A DNA stretch of 64,000 nt from Mycobacterium sp. (GTDB lineage Bacteria; Actinomycetota; Actinomycetes; Mycobacteriales; Mycobacteriaceae). A model generated the notes under the pieces. That model was not told where the DNA came from, made no database searches, and saw only the letters and a program-made list of their open reading frames with translations. The position numbers and the translations under genes are program-made. The DNA lies in assembly GCA_035651275.1 (NCBI GenBank), contig DASRFZ010000189.1, forward strand, positions 749 through 64,748. The letters are read 5' to 3'. Positions 14,785 to 25,847 of the stretch are shown piece after piece; the first letter of the stretch is position 1; every line of letters begins with the position of its first letter.

Positions 14785-14797
14785 TGAACAGCGTTCA
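14785..14797. promoter_or_regulatory. BioQ operator TGAAC-N3-GTTCA
   Basis: tgaacagcgttca between divergent bioB and bioQ; matches the BioQ consensus as recalled. Confidence 0.88.
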
Positions 14798-14812
14798 GGT
14801 TACGGTAGCGGG

Positions 14813-15403
14813 GTGCAGCTCCACAAAGCGGACCTCGTCGACGCGGCGGCCGCGCTGTTGGACACCTACGGGATCGCCGACCTGACCATGCGCCGGCTCG
14901 CACGCGAACTCGACGTCAGCCCGGGCGCACTGTACTGGCATTTCCCGAACAAGCAGGCCCTGCTCGGCGCGGTGGCCGACCGGATTCTGCGTGGAGTCGA
15001 CGACGCGCCCGGCGACTGGCGCGACCGGGTCGGCCAGGTAGGCGCACGCCTTCGCGATGCTCTGCTCTCGCACACCGACGGCGCGGAGCTTGTGTCGGCA
15101 AGCTTCGCGGCGGGCCAGTCAGCCGCGACGACGCGCATCGTCGCGTACTTGTCCGCCGCCGCGGCCGACGCCGGCCTCGCGGGTGAGCAGGCCGAACTCG
15201 CCGCTCGCACGGTCGTCTACTACGTGCTGGGCTTCACAGCGGACGAGCAGTCGCGACTGCAGTGGGACGCAGCAGGCGCGTTGCCCGATGGGCAGTCGGT
15301 GCTGACGACGGACCCGTCCGCGCGATTCACGTTCGGTTTGCGGCTGCTAGTCGACGGCATAGGACCGCGCGAAACGGCGGTTTCGCACGCTAAGTGCGAG
15401 TAG
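14813..15403 (+). CDS. bioQ: TetR family biotin repressor BioQ
   Basis: TetR HTH (LTMRRLARELDVSPGALYWHFPNKQ), TetR_C domain; divergent from bioB with a BioQ box. Confidence 0.88.
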   Translation: MQLHKADLVDAAAALLDTYGIADLTMRRLARELDVSPGALYWHFPNKQALLGAVADRILRGVDDAPGDWRDRVGQVGARLRDALLSHTDGAELVSASFAAGQSAATTRIVAYLSAAAADAGLAGEQAELAARTVVYYVLGFTADEQSRLQWDAAGALPDGQSVLTTDPSARFTFGLRLLVDGIGPRETAVSHAKCE

Positions 15404-15428
15404 CGACGTGCGAAACGGCGGTTTCGCG
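15367..15428. repeat. REP-like element: two identical 18-mers GCGAAACGGCGGTTTCGC that also form one long hairpin
   Basis: Copies at 15369-15386 and 15410-15427; spans the bioQ stop between convergent genes. Confidence 0.7.
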
Positions 15429-15430
15429 GG

Positions 15431-15940
15431 TTACCTGATGACGTGCTCGACGCGGTTGTTTCCGTCCCAATGGCGGATGCCGACGAACTCCGCGTGAACG
15501 TCCCGCGACAGCCGCCGGATCGCGAACGCTTCACGTAGTTGCGCCGGGTCCACCCGGCGAGCAAGCGTGACGTGCGGAGTCCATTGGCCCACAGCCGTAT
15601 TCGGCGCCGGAGCGGGGTCGGCGTACGGCTGGCACATCCGCCATGCCTCGGCGTGCAGCGCGAGTAGATCCGTCGACGGCACTACCGCCCGCACTAAAAT
15701 CAACGGTGAATGACCGAAAACCATTGGCGCGCCGACGATTGCGGACAAAGGCAGCCGGGCATTGAGCGCAGACAGCAGTGGGTCGACGTCCGCGGCGATG
15801 GTGTCGGCCACCACCAGCGTGACGTGTGGACGGCTGGTCTGAGTGGGACTGCGCAGACTGAGATCCGAAAGTCGTTGCCACACACGGCGAATAGCTGTCT
15901 CAGTATCGGGATCGAACAACAGCTCGATCGAATGCACCAT
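15431..15940 (-). CDS. 2'-5' RNA ligase / 2H phosphoesterase family protein
   Basis: Two HxT motifs (RPHVTL, WTPHVTL). Confidence 0.8.
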   Translation of the reverse strand: MVHSIELLFDPDTETAIRRVWQRLSDLSLRSPTQTSRPHVTLVVADTIAADVDPLLSALNARLPLSAIVGAPMVFGHSPLILVRAVVPSTDLLALHAEAWRMCQPYADPAPAPNTAVGQWTPHVTLARRVDPAQLREAFAIRRLSRDVHAEFVGIRHWDGNNRVEHVIR

Positions 15941-15941
15941 G

Positions 15942-16622
15942 TCAGCCCGCCAGAGCTGCCAGCCAGTCTTTGTCGACGGCCGACTCGCTCACCTGCTCGA
16001 ACTGCTCGCGGGACAGCGCCGCGGCCCCCGCCGGCAACACCGCCCGCAGCGGCGCCATCCGTCCCAGCGCTTCCCTATTGCCCAATTCGACCTGCCCCGG
16101 TTCGGACGGCCACGCGCCGATGATCAGACCCTCACATGAAACATTCCGCGCCTCAAGGGCTTCCAGCGTGAGCGCGGTGTGGTTGAGCGTGCCCAAACCG
16201 GCTGAGACGACGACAAGCACCGGCGCGTGCAGGTCGACAGCGAGGTCGCGCAACGTCACTCCGTCGTCGCCGAGTTCGACGAGCAGGCCGCCCGCTCCCT
16301 CGACCAGAGTGAGTTGATGTGCTCGGCCGACAGTACGAATGAAAACGTCGAGTTCGACGCGGTTCGGCAGCGGCAGCCCAGCACGCGATGCCGCCGCGAC
16401 AGGTGCCAGCGCCTCGGGGTAGCGCCACGACCCGACGACGCGATCGACACCCGATAGCCGGGTGACCTCGGCGAGGTCGTCGTCACCGTCCGCGGTGCCG
16501 GTCTGCACGGGCTTGCACACCTCGACGTCGATCCCCGCGAGCCGCGCACGACACGCTAGCGCCGCGGTCGCGACCGTCTTACCGACGGCGGTGTCGGTTC
16601 CCGTGACGAGAAGGACGCTCAC
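15942..16622 (-). CDS. bioD: Dethiobiotin synthetase
   Basis: [31 protein letters not shown]; GTG overlaps the bioF stop. Confidence 0.96.
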   Translation of the reverse strand: MSVLLVTGTDTAVGKTVATAALACRARLAGIDVEVCKPVQTGTADGDDDLAEVTRLSGVDRVVGSWRYPEALAPVAAASRAGLPLPNRVELDVFIRTVGRAHQLTLVEGAGGLLVELGDDGVTLRDLAVDLHAPVLVVVSAGLGTLNHTALTLEALEARNVSCEGLIIGAWPSEPGQVELGNREALGRMAPLRAVLPAGAAALSREQFEQVSESAVDKDWLAALAG

Positions 16623-17770
16623 GTGCGTGCGCTGCGGAGCACGTCCGTCAACACCCGCTGCGCCGTGTCCAGCTCGTCGTCGGAAAGGGATGCGCGGGCG
16701 GTCAATCGCAGCCGCGACGTCCCCGCCGGTACCGACGGCGGCCGGAAACACCCCACCCGCACGCCGCGGTCCAGGCATGCGGTTGCAGCTGCCACCGCCG
16801 CCTCGGGTTCGCCCAGAATGACCGAGACGACGGCGGATTCGGGCCGTTCGTCGACACCGCACGTCTCGGCCAGAACCGCCGCCATGCGCAGTACTCGCGA
16901 CGCCCGGTCGGGCTCATCGATCAATACGCGCAGCGCCGCCGAAGCGGCACCCAACGCAGCAGGGGCAAGCCCGGTGTCGAAGATCATCGGCCGGGCCGCG
17001 TCGATCAAATGATCGCGTACCGCGCGCGGCCCCAGCACAACACCACCCTGACTGCCCAGTGCCTTCGACAGCGTCGTCGTCATCACCACGTCCGGCGCGC
17101 CGGCTAGCCCCACCTCGTGCAGCAATCCCCGGCCGCCCTGGCCCCGGACACCCAGTGCATGCGCTTCATCGACAAGCAACAGCGCGCCGTGCCGGCGGCA
17201 GACGTCGTGCAACGCCGGCAACGGCGCCAACGCACCGTCAGCGGAGAACACCGAGTCGGTGACGACGACGGCCCGGTCTTCGACCCGCGACGCAAGGGTG
17301 GTTTCGACGGCGTCGACGTCGCGGTGCGCGGCCACCACCACCCGGGCACGCGACAGCCGGCACGCGTCGACGATCGACGCGTGACAGTGCGCGTCGGACA
17401 CGATCAGCGCGCCCGGGCCGGACAGCGCGACGACCGCAGCCAGGTTCGCGGTATAGCCCGACGAGAACACCAAAGCCGATGGCGCACCGACGAATTCGGC
17501 CAGCACCGCCTCGAATTCTTCGTGCAGTTCGGTGTTGCCGGTCACCAGCCGCGAGCCGGTCGACCCGGCACCCCAGGTTCGCAGCGCCTGCACGCCGGCC
17601 TCGATCACCGCCGGATGCTGCGACAGCCCCAGATAGTCGTTCGACGCCAGGTCCACCTCGACCGCGACCGCCGGGCGGGTACGCAACGACCGACGAAGTC
17701 CGGCGCTGCGACGCTGCTGCTCGCGCTCGTCGAGCCACGCCAGCGGGGAAACGTCGATACGGCCTTTCAT
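16619..17770 (-). CDS. bioF: 8-amino-7-oxononanoate synthase
   Basis: [40 protein letters not shown]. Confidence 0.96.
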   Translation of the reverse strand: MKGRIDVSPLAWLDEREQQRRSAGLRRSLRTRPAVAVEVDLASNDYLGLSQHPAVIEAGVQALRTWGAGSTGSRLVTGNTELHEEFEAVLAEFVGAPSALVFSSGYTANLAAVVALSGPGALIVSDAHCHASIVDACRLSRARVVVAAHRDVDAVETTLASRVEDRAVVVTDSVFSADGALAPLPALHDVCRRHGALLLVDEAHALGVRGQGGRGLLHEVGLAGAPDVVMTTTLSKALGSQGGVVLGPRAVRDHLIDAARPMIFDTGLAPAALGAASAALRVLIDEPDRASRVLRMAAVLAETCGVDERPESAVVSVILGEPEAAVAAATACLDRGVRVGCFRPPSVPAGTSRLRLTARASLSDDELDTAQRVLTDVLRSART

Positions 17771-17776
17771 TGCGCC

Positions 17777-19075
17777 TTACCCTACTGAGCTGGCCACCGC
17801 GGCCATGGCCGAGGTGATCTGGTCGACCTCCTCGGACGTGCAGATGTAGGGCGGCATCGCGTAGATCAGATTGCGGAACGGCCGCAGCCAGACGCCATGG
17901 TCGAGCGCCACCGGTGTCGCGACAGCAAGATCGACGGGACGCTCCATCTCGATCACGCCGATCGCGCCGAGCACCCGCACGTCGGTGACACCGCGGACAT
18001 CGCGCGCCTTCCCGAGCCCGGCGTTAAGACCGGACTCGATCGCGGCGACGCGAGAGCGCCAATCCTGGCCGAGCAGCAACTCCACCGAGGCGACCGAAAC
18101 CGCGCACGCCAGCGCGTTGGCCATGAATGTCGGGCCGTGCATCAACGCGCGGGGCTCGTGGCTGCTGATGCTCCGGGCAATCTCCGCACTGCACAGCGTC
18201 GCAGCCAAGGTGATGTAGCCGCCCGTCAGCGCCTTGCCGACGCACATGATGTCGGGTGCGACGCCGGCGTGGTCGGCGGCGAACAACTCCCCTGTGCGGC
18301 CGAAGCCGGTGGCGATCTCGTCGAAGATCAGCAGCACGTCGTGGCGGCGGCACGCGTCGCGCAGGTCGACGAGGTAGCGGGGATCGTGAAAGCGCATTCC
18401 GCCCGCGCCCTGCACCACCGGTTCGACGATCACCGCCGCGAGGTCGTCCGCGTGCTCGGCGAGTTGCTGCTCGAACGCGGCGCTGTACGACGGGTCGTAC
18501 TCGGCAGGAACCTGCGGCGCGAACACTTGGCGCGCAAGGACGTCGACCCACAGCGAGTGCATGCCACCGTCGGGGTCGCAGACGCTCATCGGCGTGAACG
18601 TGTCGCCGTGGTATCCGCCCCGCCAGGTCATCAGCCGGTGTTTGGTCGGCCGGCCGAGGCCGCGCCAATACTGCAGCGCCATCTTGACGGCCACCTCCAC
18701 CGACACCGAGCCGGAATCGCTGAAGAACACGGTGTCGAGCCCGTCGGGTGTGACGTCGACGAGCAACTGCGCGAGCCGTGCCGCCGGTTCGTGCGTGAGC
18801 CCGCCGAACATGACGTGGTTCATCGTGGCGACCTGATCGGTGATCGCCGCGTCGAGCACCGGATGGCCGTGCCCGTGGATCGCGGTCCACCACGAGCTCA
18901 TCGCGTCGAGCACGTCGACACGCCGGCCGTCGTTAATGACACTCAACCAAGGCCCGTGCGCGCCGACCGCGACCACGGGTGCCAACGCATCAGGGCCGAC
19001 GGGGCTGTAGGGATGCCAGACATGCGCGGCGTCGATTGCGCCGATCTCGTCGGGCGTCAACCCAGGCACGGGCAT
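17777..19075 (-). CDS. bioA: DAPA aminotransferase
   Basis: [44 protein letters not shown]. Confidence 0.96.
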   Translation of the reverse strand: MPVPGLTPDEIGAIDAAHVWHPYSPVGPDALAPVVAVGAHGPWLSVINDGRRVDVLDAMSSWWTAIHGHGHPVLDAAITDQVATMNHVMFGGLTHEPAARLAQLLVDVTPDGLDTVFFSDSGSVSVEVAVKMALQYWRGLGRPTKHRLMTWRGGYHGDTFTPMSVCDPDGGMHSLWVDVLARQVFAPQVPAEYDPSYSAAFEQQLAEHADDLAAVIVEPVVQGAGGMRFHDPRYLVDLRDACRRHDVLLIFDEIATGFGRTGELFAADHAGVAPDIMCVGKALTGGYITLAATLCSAEIARSISSHEPRALMHGPTFMANALACAVSVASVELLLGQDWRSRVAAIESGLNAGLGKARDVRGVTDVRVLGAIGVIEMERPVDLAVATPVALDHGVWLRPFRNLIYAMPPYICTSEEVDQITSAMAAVASSVG

Positions 19076-19174
19076 TGAGCCTAATAGAGCCATTTCTGAA
19101 GAACCGCTTGGTGTTTGCTCCGTGTAGACCAAGGCATGAGGTTGGCCGCCGCCTTGGGTACATTGACTCCGACC

Positions 19175-21340
19175 ATGATCACCCTGACGCGCGCGCCCGC
19201 CGCGCCGGCTCCCCCGTTGCGGCCACCGCAAGCGCCACCGCCGACCGACCGCAAAAGCGAGTTCTACCGCCACGATCTGGACGGACTGCGCGGTGTCGCG
19301 ATCGCGCTCGTCGCGATGTTCCACATCTGGTTCGGCCGCGTTTCCGGTGGTGTCGACGTTTTCTTGGTGCTGTCCGGATTCTTCTTCGGCGGCCGGCTGC
19401 TGCGGACGGCGTTGACCCCGGGTTCGTCGTTGTCACCGGTGCCCGAGGTCACCCGGTTGGTGCGCCGGCTGCTTCCCGCGCTCGTCGTCGTCCTGGCCGG
19501 TGCCGCCCTCCTGACCATCCTGATTCAACCGCAGACTCGCTGGGAAGCGTTTGCTGATCAGAGTCTGGCGAGCCTCGGCTACTACCAGAACTGGGAGTTG
19601 GCAAACACCGTCTCGAGCTACTTGCGCGCGGGGCAGGCGGTCAGCCCGCTGCAACACATCTGGTCGATGTCTGTGCAGGGCCAGTTCTACATCGGCTTTC
19701 TCGCCGTGGTGTTCGGGTTTGCGTATCTGAGCCGCAGGCGACTGGGCAAACACCTGCGGACAACGTTCGTAGTGTTGCTGAGCGCACTGACCATCGCATC
19801 GTTCGTGTACGCGGTCTTCGCGCATGAGGACAACCAGGCGATCGCGTACTACAACAGTTTCGCCCGAGGCTGGGAGCTGCTGCTGGGCGCGCTCGTCGGC
19901 GCGTTGGTGCCGTACGTGCGTTGGCCGATGTGGTTGCGCACCGCGATCGCCACCGTCGCACTCGCGGCGATCGTGTCCTGCGGCGCGTTGATCGACGGCG
20001 TCAAGCAATTCCCCGGCCCGTGGACGTTGGTGCCAGTCGGCGCCACGCTGCTGATGATCCTCGCGGCGGCGAATCGTCAGACCGACCCGCGCACCCGCGA
20101 TCGCATGCCGCTGCCCAATCGGGTGCTGGCCAGTGCCCCCTTCGTCGCGCTAGGCGCGATGGCGTACTCGCTCTATCTGTGGCACTGGCCGCTGCTGATC
20201 TTCTGGCTCGCTTACAGCGGACACAATCACGCCGGGTTCGTCGAAGGCACCGCGATACTGCTCGTGTCGGGCGTCCTCGCGTATCTGACCACCCGGCTCG
20301 TCGAGAACCCGCTGCGCTACCGGGCGCCGACCGCGCCTCGCCCCGAAGCGGTTCCGCTGCGCACGCGTTTCGGCCGTCCCACGTTGGCGCTGGGATCGGC
20401 GGTGGCGCTGCTCGGGGTGGCGCTGACCGCGACGTCGTTCACGTGGCGCGAGCACGTCATCGTCCAGCGCGCGCACGGCAAGGACCTGCCCGGGCTCTCG
20501 ATCCGCGACTACCCCGGCGCATTGGCGCTGACCGCCAACGCCAAAGTGCCGTCCCTGCCGATGCGTCCGACGGTGCTGGAGGCGAAGAGCGATCTGCCCG
20601 TGACCACCGCCGACGGCTGCATCAGTGACTTCGGCGATCTGCAGATACACATCTGCGTGTACGGCGACAAAAATGCCAGCCGCACAATCGCACTGGCGGG
20701 CGGCTCGCATGCCGAGCACTGGATCACGGCGCTCGATCCGATCGGACAGCGCCATCACGTCAAGATCGCGACGTACCTGAAGATGGGCTGCCCGCTGACC
20801 ACCGAAGAACTCCCGACGATCGTCGGCGACAACATTCCGTACCCGCAGTGCAAACAATGGGTGGACACCGTGATGGACAAGCTCGTCGCCGACCGGCCCG
20901 ACTACGTGTTCACCAACTCGACGCGACCCCGCTTCAATGCGCCGGGCGACGAAATGCCCGCCAGCTACTTGGGCATCTGGGATGTCCTGTCGCGCAACGA
21001 CATCGGGATCCTAGGCATTCGGGACACGCCATGGCTGGAGCGTGACGGTGTGCCGTTCGAACCGGCCGACTGCCTGGCCGAAGGCGGCACTGCCACCTCC
21101 TGCGGCATGAAACGAACTGAAGTGCTCAACGACCACGACCCGACCCTGGACTACGTCGCGCAGTTCCCGCAGCTGAAACCGCTCGACATGAGCAATGCCA
21201 TTTGCGGCCCGGACATCTGCCGCGCCGTGGTCGGAAATGTCTTGGTATACCACGACTCTCACCATCTGTCCGCCACCTACGTGCGCACGATGATCGATGA
21301 GCTCGACCGCCAGATCGGTGCGGCCACCGGGTGGTGGTGA
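19175..21340 (+). CDS. sucT: Acyltransferase-3/SGNH membrane acyltransferase (Rv1565c/SucT-like)
   Basis: [38 protein letters not shown]-terminal GGSHAE and DSHH SGNH domain; syntenic next to glgX. Confidence 0.8.
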   Translation: MITLTRAPAAPAPPLRPPQAPPPTDRKSEFYRHDLDGLRGVAIALVAMFHIWFGRVSGGVDVFLVLSGFFFGGRLLRTALTPGSSLSPVPEVTRLVRRLLPALVVVLAGAALLTILIQPQTRWEAFADQSLASLGYYQNWELANTVSSYLRAGQAVSPLQHIWSMSVQGQFYIGFLAVVFGFAYLSRRRLGKHLRTTFVVLLSALTIASFVYAVFAHEDNQAIAYYNSFARGWELLLGALVGALVPYVRWPMWLRTAIATVALAAIVSCGALIDGVKQFPGPWTLVPVGATLLMILAAANRQTDPRTRDRMPLPNRVLASAPFVALGAMAYSLYLWHWPLLIFWLAYSGHNHAGFVEGTAILLVSGVLAYLTTRLVENPLRYRAPTAPRPEAVPLRTRFGRPTLALGSAVALLGVALTATSFTWREHVIVQRAHGKDLPGLSIRDYPGALALTANAKVPSLPMRPTVLEAKSDLPVTTADGCISDFGDLQIHICVYGDKNASRTIALAGGSHAEHWITALDPIGQRHHVKIATYLKMGCPLTTEELPTIVGDNIPYPQCKQWVDTVMDKLVADRPDYVFTNSTRPRFNAPGDEMPASYLGIWDVLSRNDIGILGIRDTPWLERDGVPFEPADCLAEGGTATSCGMKRTEVLNDHDPTLDYVAQFPQLKPLDMSNAICGPDICRAVVGNVLVYHDSHHLSATYVRTMIDELDRQIGAATGWW

Positions 21341-21378
21341 GCGGTGCGGCACGTCGCCCACCTCGCTAGGGTCGAGTA

Positions 21379-23544
21379 GTGACCGCCAACGAGACGACCC
21401 CGGGAAGCGCGCCGCCGCTCGCGACGGTGTGGCCGGGAACGCCGTATCCGCTTGGCGCCACCTACGACGGCGCAGGCACTAATTTCTCGCTGTTCTCCGA
21501 GGTCGCCGAAAAGGTCGAACTCTGCCTGATCGCCAAGGACGGCACCGAAGAACGGATCCGCCTCGACGAGGTCGACGGCTTCGTCTGGCACTCCTACCTT
21601 CCCGCTATCACACCCGGGCAGCGGTACGGGTTCCGCGTGTACGGCCCGTGGGATCCGGCCGCCGGGCACCGGTGCGACCCGAGCAAGCTTCTCCTCGATC
21701 CTTACGGCAAGGCGTTCGACGGTGACTTCACCGAGGGCCAAGCGCTGTTCTCCTACGACCTCAAGGCCGCCGACGACTCCGGATCGGGTGACCGGCCGAT
21801 GGTCGACTCGCTCGGGCACACGATGACCAGCGTCGTGGTCAATCCGTTCTTCGACTGGGGGTCCGACCGCGCGCCGCGGCGGCCCTACAACGAGACGATC
21901 ATCTACGAGGCGCACGTCAAGGGCATGACGCAGACGCATCCCGACGTGCCGGAGGAACTGCGCGGCACCTACGCCGGACTGTCGCATCCGGCGGTGATCG
22001 ACCATCTGCTCTCGCTGAACGTCACCGCAATCGAGCTGATGCCGGTGCACCAGTTCATGCACGACTTTCGCCTTCTCGACCTCGGGCTGCGGAATTACTG
22101 GGGCTACAACACGTTCGGGTTCTTCGCGCCGCATGCGCAGTATGCGTCGGTCCGCAATCCTGGTGCGGCCGTCGCCGAGTTCAAGACCATGGTGCGCACC
22201 TTCCACGACGCGGGCATCGAGGTGATCCTCGACGTGGTTTACAACCACACCGCCGAGGGCAATCAGCTGGGGCCCACCATCAACTTCCGAGGCATTGACA
22301 ACGCTGCCTACTACCGCTTGGTCGACGAGGATTTGCGCTATTACAAGGATTTCACCGGCACCGGCAACAGCCTCAATGCCCGCAACCCGCACACACTGCA
22401 ACTGATCATGGACTCGCTTCGGTACTGGGTGCTGGACATGCACGTCGACGGCTTCCGGTTCGATCTCGCCGCTGCACTCGCCCGCGAGCTGCACGACGTC
22501 GACCGGCTGTCGGCGTTCTTCGACCTCGTGCAACAGGATCCGGTGGTCAGTCAGGTCAAGCTGATCGCCGAGCCGTGGGATGTCGGCGAAGGCGGCTACC
22601 AAGTGGGCAACTTCCCCCCGCAGTGGACCGAATGGAACGGCAAGTACCGCGACACTGTCCGGGACTACTGGCGCGGCGAACCCGCCACGCTGGGCGAGTT
22701 CGCGTCGCGGCTCACCGGGTCGTCGGATCTGTATGAGGCCACCGGTCGCCGGCCGGGTGCCAGCATCAACTTCGTCACCGCGCACGATGGGTTCACGCTG
22801 CACGACCTGGTCTCCTACAACGAGAAACACAACGAAGCCAACGGTGAAGGCAACCGCGATGGTGAAAGCCACAACCGGTCGTGGAACTGCGGCGTGGAAG
22901 GCCCGACCGACGATCCCGAGATCACCAAGCTGCGCTGTCGGCAGATGCGTAATTTCCTTGCCACGCTGATGGTTTCGCAGGGCACGCCGATGATCACCCA
23001 CGGCGACGAGATCGGCCGCACCCAGCTCGGGAATAACAACGCGTACTGCCAAGACTCACAGTTGTCGTGGATGGACTGGACGTTCGTCGAGAAGAATGCG
23101 GACCTGCTGCAGTTCACCCGCAAGGTGACGACACTGCGCAAGAACCACCCGGTGTTCCGCCGACGCCGCTTCTTCGCAGGCACGCCGATCCGCACCGGCG
23201 CACAGGTTCGCGACATCGCGTGGCTCACCCCGGCCGGCCAAGAGATGACGCCCGAAGACTGGGACAGCGGATTTGGCAAGAGCATCGCCGTGTTCCTCAA
23301 CGGAGAAGCGATCCCCGAGCCTGACACTCGCGGCTTCCGCGTTGTCGACGACTCCTTCTTGCTCTTCTTCAACGGGCACGATCAGGATTTGGATTTTGTT
23401 GTACCGCAAGGGCTTTACGGTCAGGAGTGGCGAGCGGTCCTGGACACCGCCGACACACAGGGCAAGACCGACGTCGTCGCCAAGGCCGGCGACAAGATCA
23501 CGCTTGAAGCCCGTTCGGTGATCGTGCTGCGCAGATCGGCGTGA
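21379..23544 (+). CDS. glgX: Glycogen debranching enzyme GlgX/TreX
   Basis: PYPLGATYDG, NYWGYN, DVVYNHTAEG, DGFRFDLA, HDGFTL, NAYCQD. Confidence 0.97.
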   Translation: MTANETTPGSAPPLATVWPGTPYPLGATYDGAGTNFSLFSEVAEKVELCLIAKDGTEERIRLDEVDGFVWHSYLPAITPGQRYGFRVYGPWDPAAGHRCDPSKLLLDPYGKAFDGDFTEGQALFSYDLKAADDSGSGDRPMVDSLGHTMTSVVVNPFFDWGSDRAPRRPYNETIIYEAHVKGMTQTHPDVPEELRGTYAGLSHPAVIDHLLSLNVTAIELMPVHQFMHDFRLLDLGLRNYWGYNTFGFFAPHAQYASVRNPGAAVAEFKTMVRTFHDAGIEVILDVVYNHTAEGNQLGPTINFRGIDNAAYYRLVDEDLRYYKDFTGTGNSLNARNPHTLQLIMDSLRYWVLDMHVDGFRFDLAAALARELHDVDRLSAFFDLVQQDPVVSQVKLIAEPWDVGEGGYQVGNFPPQWTEWNGKYRDTVRDYWRGEPATLGEFASRLTGSSDLYEATGRRPGASINFVTAHDGFTLHDLVSYNEKHNEANGEGNRDGESHNRSWNCGVEGPTDDPEITKLRCRQMRNFLATLMVSQGTPMITHGDEIGRTQLGNNNAYCQDSQLSWMDWTFVEKNADLLQFTRKVTTLRKNHPVFRRRRFFAGTPIRTGAQVRDIAWLTPAGQEMTPEDWDSGFGKSIAVFLNGEAIPEPDTRGFRVVDDSFLLFFNGHDQDLDFVVPQGLYGQEWRAVLDTADTQGKTDVVAKAGDKITLEARSVIVLRRSA

Positions 23545-25847
23545 GCATGGCGGCGGTGGTGTCGACCTACCGGCTGCAGATGCGCGGGCCCGCAAGCGGG
23601 CAGACGTTCACGTTCGCCGATGCCGAAAAGCTGTTGGACTACCTCGACGACCTCGGCGTCAGCCATGTCTACCTGTCGCCGATCCTGACTGCGGTCAAAG
23701 GATCTACGCACGGCTACGACGTCACCGATCCGACAACGGTTTTCGATGAACTCGGCGGGTATGACGGCCTCGTCCGACTGTCCGCCGCGGCCAAGGCCCG
23801 AGGGATGGGGCTCGTCGTCGACATCGTCCCCAACCACCTCGGTGTCGCTGAGCCCGCGCAGAACCCTTGGTGGTGGGATGTGCTGCGGTATGGCCGTGAT
23901 TCGGCGTACGCGCGTTTTTTTGACATCGACTGGGCTCCGGACAACGGCGTTGACGGCAAGCTCGCGCTGCCGGTACTGGGGTCCGACGACGACGTCGCCG
24001 ACCTCACCGTCGACGGTGACTTGCTACGGCTCGGAGATCTGGCGTTCCCGATCACACCCGGCACGGGTTCGGGCTCGGGACCCCAGGTACACGACCGCCA
24101 GCATTATCGCCTGATCGGCTGGCGTCGCGGATTGTGCGGCTACCGAAGGTTTTTCGCGATAACGACGCTGGCGGGTCTGCGCCAGGAGGACCGCGCCGTG
24201 TTCGACGCCAGCCACGTGCAGGTGTGTCGGTGGTTCGCCGAAAGCCTCGTCGACGGCGTGCGGGTGGACCATCCCGACGGGTTGTCCGACCCGGTGGGAT
24301 ACCTTGGCTGGCTTCGCGAGATCGCCGGGCCCGATGCGTGGATCGTGATCGAGAAGATCCTCGCCGTCGACGAAGCGCTCGACGCGACGCTGCCGGTGGC
24401 GGGTACCACGGGGTACGACGCGCTGCGGGAAATCGGCGGCCTGCTCATCGATCCGGCGGGCAAGGACGCGCTCACCGCGCTTGTTCAGTCCGCGGGCACC
24501 GACTACGCGACGATGCCCGCGCTGGCCCGAGAACTCAAGGCCGCCGCGGTAACCGACACGATGGGCAGTGAGTTGCGCCGGCTGTGCCGGGCGATCGTCA
24601 GAGCGACGGGCGCCGACCACCCTCAGCTCGGCAAGTCGGTGGCCGCACTGGTGAGCAATATCGGGGTGTACCGCAGCGACTATCTTTGCTTGTCTGCGGT
24701 GCTGCCGCAGGCGATTGCCGAAACTGTCGGTGGTTCAGCGGAATTCGCTGAGCCACTGGAGATCGTCGCGTCCGCATTGAACGACTCCGAGTGTGCCGTG
24801 CGGTTGCAGCAGTTGTGCGGCGCGGCCACGGCCAAGTCAATGGAAGACTGCTTGTTCTATCGCGACGCGCGCCTGGTTTCGCTGAACGAAGTCGGCGGTG
24901 AGCCAGAGCGGTTCGGCGTCAGCGCGGCCGAGTTTCACCGTCGCGCGGCGGACCGGGCGCGGTGGTGGCCGTCGGCAATGACGACATTGTCCACCCACGA
25001 TACCAAGCGCGGTGAGGACGTACGGGCCCGAATCGGGGTGCTGTCGCAGGTGCCGTCGCTGTGGGCGGAGTTCGTCAACGGATGGGAGGAGCGCGCGCCG
25101 GCGCCGGACCGCGTGACGGCAATGTTTCTGTGGCAGAACATCTTCGGGGTATGGCCCGCTTCCGGAGCGGTGACCGACGACCTGCGCCGGCGCCTTTCCG
25201 CTTACGCGGAAAAGGCAATTCGCGAGGCCGGTGCGCACACTACCTGGAACGATCCCGACGGCAAGTTCGAATCCGCGGTGCACCAGTGGCTAAACAAGGT
25301 CACGACAGGCGACATCGCCGCGGAACTGACCGGTCTCGTCCGGCGCCTCGATCCGCATGGCCGCAACGACGCGCTCGCCCAGAAACTGGTGCAGCTCACT
25401 GCGCCTGGAGTCCCGGACGTCTACCAGGGCACGGAACTGTGGGACGACAGCCTGGTCGATCCCGACAACCGACGAGCGGTCGACTACGCCGCCCGGCGAG
25501 CGGCCCTGTCCGCGTTCGAGCATCCCAAGATGCGCGTGGTCGGCACGGCTTTGCGACTGCGGCGTCGCCGGCCCGACACGTTCCTCACCGGCGGCTACAC
25601 TCCGATCCTGGCCAGCGGTGTCGCTCGTGACCATCTGATCGCATTCCGCCGCGGCGATGACGTCGTCACAGCGGTGAGCCGATGGACAGTGAGCCTCAGC
25701 GAAACAGGTTGGGGTGACACCGCTTTCGTGCTGCCGCGAGGCGACTGGACCGAACTGCTGACCAACCGTGCGTTCTCGGGTGAGGTATCGGCCGCCGAGT
25801 TGTTCGCCGAACTGCCCGTGGCTCTTCTGGAGCGCAAGCATGCATGA
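23541..25847 (+). CDS. treY: Maltooligosyl trehalose synthase
   Basis: STYRLQ, STHGYDVTDP, DIVPNH, RVDHPDGL, VIEKIL, STHDTKRGED. Confidence 0.96.
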   Translation: MSMAAVVSTYRLQMRGPASGQTFTFADAEKLLDYLDDLGVSHVYLSPILTAVKGSTHGYDVTDPTTVFDELGGYDGLVRLSAAAKARGMGLVVDIVPNHLGVAEPAQNPWWWDVLRYGRDSAYARFFDIDWAPDNGVDGKLALPVLGSDDDVADLTVDGDLLRLGDLAFPITPGTGSGSGPQVHDRQHYRLIGWRRGLCGYRRFFAITTLAGLRQEDRAVFDASHVQVCRWFAESLVDGVRVDHPDGLSDPVGYLGWLREIAGPDAWIVIEKILAVDEALDATLPVAGTTGYDALREIGGLLIDPAGKDALTALVQSAGTDYATMPALARELKAAAVTDTMGSELRRLCRAIVRATGADHPQLGKSVAALVSNIGVYRSDYLCLSAVLPQAIAETVGGSAEFAEPLEIVASALNDSECAVRLQQLCGAATAKSMEDCLFYRDARLVSLNEVGGEPERFGVSAAEFHRRAADRARWWPSAMTTLSTHDTKRGEDVRARIGVLSQVPSLWAEFVNGWEERAPAPDRVTAMFLWQNIFGVWPASGAVTDDLRRRLSAYAEKAIREAGAHTTWNDPDGKFESAVHQWLNKVTTGDIAAELTGLVRRLDPHGRNDALAQKLVQLTAPGVPDVYQGTELWDDSLVDPDNRRAVDYAARRAALSAFEHPKMRVVGTALRLRRRRPDTFLTGGYTPILASGVARDHLIAFRRGDDVVTAVSRWTVSLSETGWGDTAFVLPRGDWTELLTNRAFSGEVSAAELFAELPVALLERKHA

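Noticed and set aside
14785-14797. Possible LexA SOS box (GAAC...GTTC)
   Set aside because: The spacer is 3 nt with TGAAC/GTTCA flanks, which fits BioQ; the SOS box is CGAAC-N4-GTTCG.
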